NCBI RefSeq assembly: GCF_002113885.1
Contig: NW_018405737.1
Location: forward strand, 428,970 to 492,969
Length of the DNA stretch: 64,000 nucleotides
Direction: 5' to 3'
DNA from: Mizuhopecten yessoensis
Lineage: Eukaryota
Shown here piece after piece: positions 40,490-52,780 of this stretch. The stretch's first letter is position 1, and the number at the start of each line of letters is the position of its first letter. Under the pieces are notes generated by a model. It saw only the letters and a program-made list of their open reading frames with translations, was not told the DNA's origin and searched no databases. The translations under genes and the position numbers were made by a program.

Positions 40490-40546
40490 TAAATAACACT
40501 GCACAATGCAGTTATTTCGTCCTTCTGGGACTCATCAGTGATGTTA
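40490..40546 (-). ncRNA. Type I hammerhead ribozyme core, probably degenerate (Penelope/retrozyme-like)
   Basis: Minus strand reads TAACATCA-CTGATGA-GTCC-CAGAA-GGAC-GAAA: intact CUGAUGA and GAAA boxes with a 4-bp helix II. Local helix I and the NUH site are poorly formed. Confidence 0.6.
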
Positions 40547-42873
40547 GGGGCCAAACAGTCGGAAACCTTAATTGGTCTAAACTACTGTTGAAACAGAAGG
40601 GCAAGTGCGTTAGACCATTTAATTATACTACTTTCATAAATTAGACAAATTCTGGTTAATTCTAGGTTTCAAAATATGTTGCTTTAGGTCATACACTGCG
40701 CTTAAATAACAAAAAATATATGACTTTTTTTCATAATCAATAGGAGGTATGGAACCATTGTTTTATTATTTTGTGAAAATAGTAAGTATATCCTGATAGT
40801 TCATTGGATCTGAAAGCGTTCCAAGATAATGCCACATATTATTATTTTCAATACTTCATATTGTTTTGCCTATATATAACACACAGACATACTTGCTAGA
40901 GTTGTATTGTTTTAAAGCCCATCGTCTATATAAGTTATTTAACGACAAAAACACTGTAAAATGTATAATCACAAAAAAGGAATACATCAAACTAAACTAA
41001 ATCTTTTAAAAAGATTAAAAGATGCATGTGCAATGATAATTCGTAATATCAATGCGCGTTTTACAAACATGTCTTAACAGAACTCCAGAAAAATCTTTTC
41101 TTAAAGCACATAAAGTAACATGACAGAAATATAACTCTAAACACAGACAGACTAAAACAGGCACGAAATTCGCAACGAAAATCTTTTTGTTAAATATACT
41201 TCCGTTGTATATGGAACCTTCCTTACATATATATCAAGATATACTCTTTTAGAAATTGAATTTTATTCTTTCTTATGTGATAATGTGATATTGAAAAACA
41301 CCTGTACACTATATTTCCATATATTCATTCAAACCGAAATATGTGGAAGGCTACTTTCTTTTACAACTTCAATAATAGTTAAAGAGTAACATGTTCATAA
41401 AAATGCTCCGAAAATGAAAAATAAGTAAATTTGAGTATTGAACAATCTCTATATATCCAATAATGTCTATATTTGTTTTACCATTATAAAATATACATTA
41501 ATACCAGGCCTGAGCAACGTTTTCATTCATAATCGACTTCTATGGTGATTTAAAATTGTACATGCATTTTCAGGCTTTACCGTGTTATCAGTAGATTGAT
41601 AATAAACGTGGGAATATAAGAAAAAGGTCGTGAAAAACATAGTAATTTATATAAAAATTACATTATACATATTAACAGGAATTTTACTGCAGCATTTCTT
41701 GTTCGTTTACCACGGACTGTGTAACATATATACGTATATATCAATGATCGAGCGTGTGGCATCTACGATCTGTCCCTACCCATAAAACACCAGGAGGGGG
41801 CACATGAAAGCTGACAGATAGGATCGACAGTAAGTATACATGTTCTCCGCCACATCAGATAACCTTACTCCCTCATAAATGTTTGCCGTGGTCTGATATT
41901 ATTTGATATAAAATGCAAAGGTTTGAAACTGGTTCACAGTCTGTGTTGCTGTATGTTGCATATTGCGCTCAAATGATATCGTTCTGTTTCGGCCTTAAAG
42001 AGAAACATTCAAGTCCAGACCGAAACCATATTTAGACAGTAATTCAGTTCATCATATGAAAATCGACACATTGAAGAGATCAACTCCAAAATAAGAATGC
42101 TGATATATAAATCCAGGATTCAATTATATAAACTATCATATTTAGTACATTGTATCAATGCATTTATAAAATATATTACTAGTTTTGCATCATTACATCG
42201 ACGAAATGTAAAGCAGGGAAAATATATATAAACCATGTCATACACAAAAACAACAAGAAATGAGACACCAACACATAAGGAAAGACACCACAAAGCTAAC
42301 AGAAAGGGAATAAACTAGCTGTTTTTGATGGATAGCCGTTTCCTGTACCCATGTGATATCTCCCTTCAAATCCGAGAAAGTATGTAGGCTACCTTCAATC
42401 GAAGAAACATAAGAAAAATAAAATGCCTTGAAAGTAGATTGAATGACCTTTTATACACCACCATGACCTTATTGGTAAACAAATCAATACACAAGTGCCC
42501 CTCTGTTATATTTTACAGATACAGTACTTGTATTGAATAAAAAAGAGAATATACCGTAGAAACATCAAAATCGAAATTCACCTTTAAATAGATAATTATA
42601 GGATAAAAATAAAGATTTGCATAAATACTATAGAAAAAAGAGTAACTAATAACCAGTATGTTTTGTTTGACCTTCTGGTACTGTTAATCCCTACTCTGTT
42701 CATATTTTGTCCGAGTTTGATCGATTTTGAATTCAACTAACGGTTTTGTTGATGCTTTGTTGTCCTCTTGTTTGTTGCAATATCGAATACATGTACTGTA
42801 TCAGTACTATGTTAAAGAGAGTCACGTGGTCTTCCATGTTATGGTTATGATGCCACAGTTCCTGTTTCGGTTT

Positions 42874-42889
42874 GTGTGTGTGTGTGTGT
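42874..42889. repeat. (GT)n microsatellite
   Basis: About 8 GT units. Confidence 0.85.
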
Positions 42890-44611
42890 GGTATTATTGA
42901 TTCTTGTTAACGTAACTGTCGCCTGGTTTGAAATAATCATAAGAAAATGGGAAGAAAGAAATCACAAAAATAAAAAATGGCTAGTTTTTAACAATATTAT
43001 GTTTAGTACCACTCATCTGCTGTAATTGCAAGCATATAAGATAATAAGAAAACGTTGACGTTTACGTATAGTATTTTTATTGTTAGATTTGCACACGACA
43101 AAATGAGCGACATTTTACACGCATGCGTAAACCATGCAATAAGTCACACCTGTATTAATCGAAACTGACATACTTAGCCTCTTATTATAAAATGCGATGG
43201 GGTACAGCAGCCCTATTCTTTGTATAGTACAACCTACCTTTCAAAACACTTGTCTATAACGTCTACTGCCTTTAACTAATTTTACTCGCTCCTGTTGGTC
43301 GTTTTTCTACAGAGATATAATTATGATTTAGCTTTCAAGATATTAAACAGTTGCATATAATAACGATTAATTACGTATTTTAATAGTGACACACTACAAC
43401 AACAACGCCATTCGAATTGACTTTAATATGTATTCGACCTATCACAACGAAACATATTTCTCAATCTCAGCTCAACAGTAGAATCAAACCGAAGGTCACC
43501 TTTGGTAACAATGACGTCATTAAAATTCCCAACGACTTCCTCTGACGAGCCAAAAAAAATTGGTCCCAAACGATGTGATAAAAATTTCGAAGATTTTATT
43601 AAATGCCAAATGCTATGGTTAACAAAATTAAGATGGCATTGATATTAAGGGTAAGTTTGTATTGGGTAACACCAAAACGAAAGCGCAAGTATGGCAACAT
43701 TTCTCTAGGAAATATAAATTGATGTTTTGCAAAATCCATATTTGTATATATATTTTCTTTTCGCAAGAAAACAGGAAGACTTCCCTTTTGTATTTCTATA
43801 TAAACCAACATACCTGTGGTCTGCATTAAAGTTAAATATAATACAGACGTTCAGCATGCGCGCGCACATCGCACTAGACGTTGTCTATCCGTTTAACTGG
43901 GAATACCGGACGTGAACGTCATACACTAAAGCCGGAAAGGTGATGGCGCATTTTGTCGTAAACCGCTAGTATTTTTAGGGTGACGCTACACAAGAATGCC
44001 GTGTGGGTGGATGAAGGGCGATGGGGAAGCCAGGGGGATATTGATAAGATTCAACTTTAAAGTAGTATTGTATGTTATATGTTTTTCGAAGAATGACTTT
44101 ACAACAGCATGCTATCATGAATTTATCGTTACTCTCCCGGCACCGCAGTAGACATCAACGTTGAATCTTTCCTTGTCCTGCCACTCCCAAACACACACCC
44201 ATTCACCCGCCAACACACCAATCCTCTAAGTTGTTATACGAATAAAGGTAAAAGATTTATTTTTCTCTCTGTTAGCAAGATTCAGATTTTGATAAATGCA
44301 AAATATGCATGGAATGGTGATATATGGAAGGGACAATACTAGGTATAATAACAACACCAATAACGATGGGTTATTTACCCTTGAATATATTTTCCCCGTC
44401 AGTCCAACTTATTAGCATTGGGCAAGATACTGTTCAGACTTAAGCTTTACCTTGATGTGTTTACTTTATATCCATCTTTTACGGCAGTTTATACACACAG
44501 TTGATATATTGTTTAAGTATTTTCTGATATATTGTGATGTTAAGGTTAAGGTAAACAATTGACGTCATCACACTTTATATAAACTCAAGACAACACCGTT
44601 GAAGCCTTAAT

Positions 44612-44839
44612 GGTTTACTTTGGTTTATGTGTATTTTACGTCATATTAACAGCTATGATAATTTAAGGACATGCCAGATTTTTGTGGTGGAGGAAAGCCG
44701 GAGTTCCCGGAGACCTACGACCTACGTGTACGGCCAGTACCTGGCGACTGCCCCACGTGGGCCTAGAACCCGCGACATAGTGGTGGAGGTCTTGTGATAG
44801 CAGAATGTCAGACGCCTTTACCACTCGGCCGACGCGGCC
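44612..44839 (-). mobile_element. tRNA-derived SINE (second family) with V-like core and (AAACC)-type tail
   Basis: Minus strand: A box in GGCCGCGTCGGCCGAGTGGTAAAGG, degenerate B box GGTTCTAGGCC, core TCTCCGGGAACTCCGGCTTTCCTCCACC, tail GCTGTTAATATGACGTAAAA...AAACC. Confidence 0.75.
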
Positions 44840-47789
44840 TGAAGCTTTAATGATGATCAGAATACAGGAAATAAAGAATACTATCATACCTTCTGGGAAA
44901 TATGATAAATACAATATTGTATAAGTTTCAAGTTTATTTGATGCATTCAACTAGTTAGAAGTAAATTGTTCTCCTACGTAATTTCCTTGTTTTTGCAGTA
45001 GACATTATGACGGGACAACAGTTGGTTTAGGAAACGAATTCTTTTTAGAGCGTATTATTTCCTCACCTATTTTTCTCATTGGTTCATTTCGCTTTAGTTA
45101 TTATTGCTTTGCATCGACCTTGTTCTTCTTGTTTCATTTCGTGTTGACAATTTGGAATATCAATAATGATAAGGGTCAAAATAACTGTTTACTCATTTCA
45201 GTAACCAATGTAGGGTATATAAAACAGGTGTGTCAAGTAACAATAGATTTGGCTAGATTGTGCTGATGTCTCTGGTACATGTACCACACGAACAGCGTAC
45301 AGTAGAAGTAAAAATACATTATAACGTGAGAGAATGTGTGACGTAACACTTATTGGCTTAACCTGTCTTAAAAATCAAAATACAAATGTATCATATGATG
45401 GAGGGTATTCTAATCTTTGACAATATTCTTAAAGTGGATGGGTCAATTTTCAGAGGGTTGCGGTAAATTCAGTTTCAACTAAATTGCCTAACAAAACAAA
45501 TATATTGCAGCGCAAAACAGTTTTCGAAAACAAGTGTAATATTTCATTTATCCAATTTATTATATTTCAAATGCATGACGTATTTCATTGTTTAGGAACA
45601 ATAATTGTAAATCAGTGCAATTTTGTGAGTATATATATATCAGTACTATCATATTATTATGGAAAAATATACCATGAAGCAACATTCGACCAAACCATTT
45701 TAAACATGTTGTCAAATTCTCTTATGATGTTACCGGTATTTTATTTGATAATATGTCTGTACAAACTTGTATTGTAGTTTAGGACTGTATAAGAATTCAG
45801 ATAATTGGTCTGAACATTTTATAGCTGCGTTAATCATGCCAGAAGGTATTTATCATTTAACCGTTGGCTTTACTATTTTATTATAATAGCAATACTTTGA
45901 TATTCGCTTCAAACTGTCAAACAAAAGAGAAAAATAGCTGGAAGTTGTGATAATGTATGTACGAATCAGGAATAGAAATTTATCTCTGATTTATCTTAGC
46001 ATTGGATTATGCACAATATCTTATATTTTATGACGAAGGACCAATGATTTATGTTTAAACACAAATCGATTAGGCTGTATAGCAATAAGGAATCGATATA
46101 TTGTTAATGTTGTTTGTATTTGAATACGTATTTTACCGGGTGGTATACCTATTTCATATGATTGATAGAGAAAGTTACAAAAACGATATTTATAAAAACG
46201 TTCAGGTTTGTATTGCGGTTTTTTTCTATTTAAATATAGTTATTTTGCTTCGGAGTAAAAACTACAACCCACGATAATTATTGATGGCATCCGCCGTCAA
46301 TTTTAATAAGATTAAGCAATAGTTCGCCGAACACACACCGCGCAGGAGATGAACTTACATGTTGTATTTACAATGTACACGTAACGTTTTATTTCTAGAA
46401 AAGTGAAAATAGCTCAGGAATAAAACCTGGCCTTGCGCGATATAGAAATGTTTAAGGAAATGCTCCCGTGGTTGTGGTCAGCATCAACGCCGGAGGAAGA
46501 ATTATAACATGCATTCCCACGGAACAGATATGTGAAAGACAGAACCACCGTCAATCATGTTACTCTAAAGACCAAAAAACTCAAAGATACAAATAAGACT
46601 TAAGACGAAACATACATGGCAAAAGATGGTAATATTTTTACCGCAAAAGTATTAAATTCGATAATTGTTCTAGAATTTGTCATTTTGTGTTCTTATATAA
46701 TTTCTTTGCATTTTTAGTTGAAAGAAATGTGTAATTTGTAACAGATTATTTCCATACGGGGGGTGTATACCACACTTCGGTCATAAACACGCAACAGCTG
46801 TCCCTCGTGGGTATTATCATACAGTGACAGAAACGATAAAACTGAGTTCCGTTAAGCAGTGTCCTGTGAGAAGAATATATCTTACACAGCGTCAACACAC
46901 AAAGGACCCAATTTTAACTTTCAAAGTAATATATATCGTACATTGAAATACGTATAGGTATTGCTATGTTTGTCATACGAATATGTTTTGCAGTTATTCT
47001 GAATTGTAATAAAAGTATGGATTAACACATGAATAGGAATTCAAAATCATATACTAAAACGTTATTATATAACTAAATTAATAAATATGTTATTTTCTGA
47101 AGATTTTGAAGTCACACCATGGGATGATAAATATTATCACAAAAAACAGCCATATTATAACCTTATCATCTCTATTTAAAAAATAATTTATTCAACATAA
47201 AACATATATTATTTTCTTGTTAAACCAATCACACTTAAACAGAATAAGTAGCTGAAATAAATTCTACAACTGCATCTCATACAATATTTACCATTATCTC
47301 AAACACATTTAGATAAGAGTTATTTTAAAATATTTTGCCCTCTTTCAAACCATTATTAGTGAAGTTTTAAAAATAAACTTCTTTAGTATGACAACTTATA
47401 AGATATCAGCACAAATTTCATTTCATTTGCTGTAACTTAAAGAAGGTGATAGTATAAGTCTATTGTTATTAAACTTTGAACGTTGGAAGTGCAGAATACC
47501 ACATAATTCTTGATTTCATTTCTGCTACACAGGGAATTCTTTGCTTTTATGCTTAATTGATCATATATATATATTTACAGATAATCCAACATCACAAATC
47601 ATGGTATGGTAAGTGTTGGCTTAAATTATATTGATAACAGTCCAATATTACATACAGTGTTCCTAGGCCACACGTTTCTACAGTATGACCAATGAAAAAA
47701 TGGAATTTATTTATTTAATATTGTAATATTGTTTCGGTAGTTAGAATATTTTCTTCTGATTCACTAACCTATGTACATGTATGACCTTG

Positions 47790-48930
47790 TCATATCTTCA
47801 GCATTGTAAATCCTTGTTCCTAATTAACGAGATTGTATATAACGGTATATTATGGGGTTTTTTTTAAACAGCATATATATAACGTTGATATATCTTCAGC
47901 ATTGTAAATCCTTGTTCCTATTTAACGAGATTGTATATAACGGTGTAATATGGTTTCTTAAAACATAACCTACATATAGCGTTGATATACCTTCAGCATT
48001 GTAAATCCTTGTTCCTAATTAACGAGATTGTATATAACGGTATATTATGGGGTTTTTTTTAAACAGCATATATATAACGTTGATATATCTTCAGCATTGT
48101 AAATCCTTGTTCCTATTTAACGAGATTGTATATAACGGTGTAATATGGTTTATTAAAACATAACCTATATATAACGTTGATATATCTTCAGCATTATAAA
48201 TTCTTGTTCCTATTTAAAGAAATTGTATATAACGGTGTAATATGGTTTCTTAAAACATAACCTATATACAACGTTGTTATATCTTCAGCATTGTAAATCC
48301 TTGTTCCTATTTAACGAGATTGTAATTGTATATAACGGTGTAATATGGTTTCTTAAAAAACAACATATATATAACGTTGATATATATCTTCAACATTGTA
48401 AATCCTTGTTCCTATTTAACGAGATTGCATATAACGGTGTAATATGGTTTCTTAAAATATAACCTATATATAACGTTAATATATCTTTAGCATTGTAAAT
48501 CCTTGTTCCTATTTAAAGAAATTGTACATAACGGTGTAATATGGTTTCTTAAAAAACAACATATATATAACGTTGATATATCTTCAGCATTGTAAATCCT
48601 TGTTCCTATTTAACGAGATTGTATATAACGGTGTAATATGGTTTCTTAAAACAAAACCTATATATAACGTTGATGTATCTTCAGCATTGTAGATCCTTGT
48701 TCCTATTTAACGAGATTGTGTATAACGGTGTAATATGGTTTATTAAAACATATCCTTTATATAACGTTGATATATCTTCAGCATTGTAAATCCTTGTTCC
48801 TATTTAACGAGATTGTATATAACGGTGTAATATGGTTTCTTAAAACAAAACCTATATATATTATAACGTAGATATATCTTCAGCATTGTAAATCCTTGTT
48901 CCTAATTAACGAGATTGTATATATAACGTG
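47790..48930. repeat. ~97-bp satellite, 12 copies
   Basis: The TCTTCAGCATTGTAAATCCTTGTTCCTA anchor recurs at ~47796, 47893, 47990, 48088, 48185, 48282, 48387, 48484, 48581, 48678, 48775 and 48877. Confidence 0.95.
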
Positions 48931-49290
48931 TAATATCTCAAAATTGTAAACCCTTTTTCGTAGTTAAAGAGACTGTAATATAACGTTGTACTACCTCAGT
49001 ATTGTAAATCCTTTTTCCTAATTAAAGATATTGTATATATAACGTTTTATTACTCAGAACTGTAAATCCTTTTTTTCTGATTAAAGAAAATGTGATATAA
49101 CGTACGTAGTAATACCTCGATATTGTTAATACTTGTTTCTAATTAAAGATATTGTATATATAACGTTGTATTCCCTTAGAATTGTAAACCCCTTTTCCTA
49201 GTTAAAGATATTGTATATATAACGTTGTACTATCTCGGTATTGTAAATTGTTTTTCCTAATTAAAGAGACTGTAATATAACGTTATATAA
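48930..49290. repeat. Diverged ~58-bp tandem array related to the adjacent 97-bp satellite
   Basis: (TTGTAAATCCTTTTTCCTAATTAAAGATATTGTATATATAACGTTGTA...)n, about 6 units. Confidence 0.85.
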
Positions 49291-51457
49291 TACAGTAATA
49301 TCATCAAAACTTTAAATCTCTGCCCTCATTATATAAATTGTATATCACTTTGGAATAAGTCTTCGATGATGAAAATCGTTGCTAGACATTTTCATCTGTA
49401 TATCTAACATTGTAATATGGTTTCAAATCTGTAATAATCACCCCTACTTACTTAAACTGTACATACAGATGTTGTAACATGGTATCAGTTCCGTTGTCTT
49501 TTCTCGTTATTATATATCCTTCATATAAATTGATATATTTTGTATATGCAATGTTCAGTAAGACATGTGAATATAATTCATAGTGATGACCGCGTATACA
49601 TATCATATCTCAATTTTTAAAAGGTCATAATGATACACAGCCAAGGCGTAAAACACATTTAAATAAGAGATCCGAAACCTAGACTTCATATCAGGATTAT
49701 TTTTGAAAGGTCAAATGCGTATTACTTAACTTACAGATTGCCATAAATCCTCAAAAGAATAACTTCTACTATTTTGTGTTAGGAAAACTTGGGACGAATT
49801 GGCTACAGCTAACATCATTTTCAATAGGCGGTACAATTTAGGCCTCAATCTATACGTCCGTATACTGAAGTAGGTTGCTATTACGCACCACCGCCAGACG
49901 ACACCGCCCGGCCGATAAACTGAACGTCGTCTTTGTGACAATCAGATAGCAAGCCAACGGAATAAATCGTGACTCCACACTTCCTAATTAATATACTCTT
50001 TTTACGTATGGACGAATATAATAACCTTCCTAAACTGATAAGATTTGGATATCTGTTATCTAGTAGACAATGCCATTAAGCATTTGTATCAGAATTTGAA
50101 TGTCAATTATTTCAAAATTCAAATCTAGGGGTTTACCCAAGCTTGATATAATGGCATATTTGTCAGATAAAGGGTAACATTTATCTAGTTAGCTAGTAGG
50201 GATTGCGGTGCTTAATACAGAAATATAGTTATGACAGTGTGACCATCATTTTCAGTTTCAACTAAATATTTCAAAATGTTGACAGATTGACATTTTCAAA
50301 ATGTGTTTAACGTTAAATTGCTGATTTATAAAGGAAGCGTTCCTACCTCAAGCATGGGAAATATCCATTGTATAATCCCGATATTAGAATGTATCCAGAT
50401 GTCATGTGGTCAATATTCAAAATAAACTATTAACACGTAATCAAACAGAAGCACATGTGGAGAGAATAAAATAAGATGTTGTATTCTCTGTTGTACAATA
50501 CGAAAGCTGAAAATGACTTGGGCAGGTAAATATATAGATGTTGATATAGACAAAATTTTGTAATGCTACTTAGAAGTAAGGGTTTGTAGGAGGCTTGCAG
50601 ACAAGTGCTTGCATTGATATTCATCTTACAGCTTCTTTGGGAACACTTGGGACTCTAGGGGCCTTTCTTTATCGAGTGTCAGTATCTCACAACGGACACT
50701 TTTTTGACTTTACATATTTACAAATGAAAAGAAACTTATCTGTGAATATTTACTACTTTATAAGCAAGTCCTTTGAGATATGAAATCTGAGGTGTGCTTG
50801 TGCTGCGTGTATACTATGATTCTCAACTTAAACAGCTGTTTCATATATGATGTTGTATAATAACGATCATGATCAAACTCTAGGCTTGGAGAGGATGTAT
50901 TTATTATAATAAGGCCGAGTAACGTACTTTGTGGTCGAAGGGATTACAATTCTACTGCTCATTAGCCCGTAGAGAAGGAACAAGACACTTGTCAGGCTAT
51001 TAAACCTATAAAACCAAGAACCAGGATAATTGGTGAGGGACTTAATCTAAAGGGGCTATATTTCTTTCAGCACATACGTCATAGTTTGTTTAAGGCTGAC
51101 ACGTGGAAACCTAATATAGATCTACCAAATAGTGACAAATTAACCATATCGCTATTTCGAAATATTCGAACAAAGTTTGACTACCAGAATAGGAAATACT
51201 ATTAAATAAAATGGTCAAATGTGAAAGTAACTACAGGTGTAAGGGTTGTGTTTGAAAACTTATGTTGTAACATTAGTACTGCAGTAATTTTCCTATGTAC
51301 GTAATTTTCCCTTCATGTAATAAATTCAAATACGAATATTTTAATACCTTTATATTTAGGATGAACCTCATAAGAAAGAAGCATACTGACGAAGTACTCT
51401 TTGTGTCATTTCTTTTATTTCTATTCCACAAGAACTTCGGATGTTTTTTTGTATAAA

Positions 51458-51476
51458 TATATATATATATATATAT
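51458..51476. repeat. (AT)n microsatellite
   Basis: About 9 AT units. Confidence 0.85.
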
Positions 51477-52394
51477 GTTCACATTTTATTGACAAGGTCT
51501 TTATGTATCAAACATTTAAAATAAGAGGACATGACATATTGAGAAAATTTACATACAACGATACTTGATAACTATGTAGAACCATTCGGTGCAAGTTTAA
51601 AGTTTAAAAACTTCGTTGTGAATACAAAGTGTAACAGCACATATGAATTCATACAAAATATTTTACAACAAATACCATAATCTTGTCGCCTGACTCCGCT
51701 GGCAGAGAACCAAGACTGGAAATTGCCTCGCGATAGCAATACTTGTAGGGTACTTAGAATTATGTATCAAAACAACATTACACTTAGGATTCAAAGAGCT
51801 GACAAAATGTATTTCTGAAGCACTTATTGCCGAGGGTTTGTTCATTATGTTTTTCGATAATTACTTGTTACAACATCACCTGCCATCTTCACGGGAGTAC
51901 TCTATCATTTTAAAGTTGTTTTTTTTATTGAGAAGACATACATGTTGTCGTGGAAACCTTATTGCAAACATACGATTAGAAAACTAAAGACGTTATGCCT
52001 CGCCTTTGGATAAAGATTCCTAGTCTTTTGTGTGCTATACCAGTTTTTATGATTGGCAAAAAAAGTGTATTAGTGATGGCTTTTTTTGTAAGACCTTGTA
52101 TCAGCACAATGTCTAGTCTAAGAAATCAAAACATACAGTAACATAGAATTATAACGTATTTAGAAACTGAGTTGAACCTATATAGGTTCCCTTTTTAAGG
52201 GGTGAGGGGGGGTGGGGGTGGTGGGGGTGTTAAAATGTTGCAAGGATCAAGTGATCGATCTTTGTTTGAACATTGAAGATACTTAGAAACAGTTGCGCAT
52301 TATGATATTATTTTGTCTTATTTCTTTTAATCGTTTGAAAATATTGAACGATTAAATAATGCAATTAAAGATGTCTTTATACAGACATTCGACA

Positions 52395-52780
52395 CACATG
52401 TAATGTAACAAATACATATCCTTTAAAGGGTAATAATACTATCACACACATGTGTGTAATATAAAATCTATCAACATTTTCAGTGTAATAACACTATCAC
52501 ACACATATTTGTATTATAAAATCTTTCATCATTTTTGAATTATGATATTATCCAACACATATATGCAATACAAAAGTTATCATCATTTCCAGTGTAATAA
52601 TATTATTACACATACAGATAATTGTAATATTAAAGTTATCAACATTTTCAGCGTTATACAAATGTTACACATGTATGTAATATTAAACCTATCGTCATTT
52701 TTAGGATTACAATACAAACACATCGAATCTAACGAACAATCCTTATAATTTTCAGTGTTATAATGCAAACACGTACACGT
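52395..52780. repeat. Degenerate ~55-bp tandem repeat
   Basis: Recurring TTTTCAGTGTAATAA..CTATCACACACAT..TGTAATATAAAA..TATCA. Confidence 0.7.

Noticed and set aside
43542-43575. CTGACGA-GCCAA..TTGGT hammerhead-like motif; also CTGANGA words at ~15126, ~20451, ~20635 and in the 97-bp satellite
   Set aside because: Each lacks GAAA, helix II or helix I/NUH.
51545-51690. Possible Penelope RT C-terminal relic (FYNKYHNLV)
   Set aside because: Similarity is short and needs several frameshifts; a translated search is required.
52198-52228. G-rich run able to form a G-quadruplex
   Set aside because: Isolated low-complexity tract with no associated feature.
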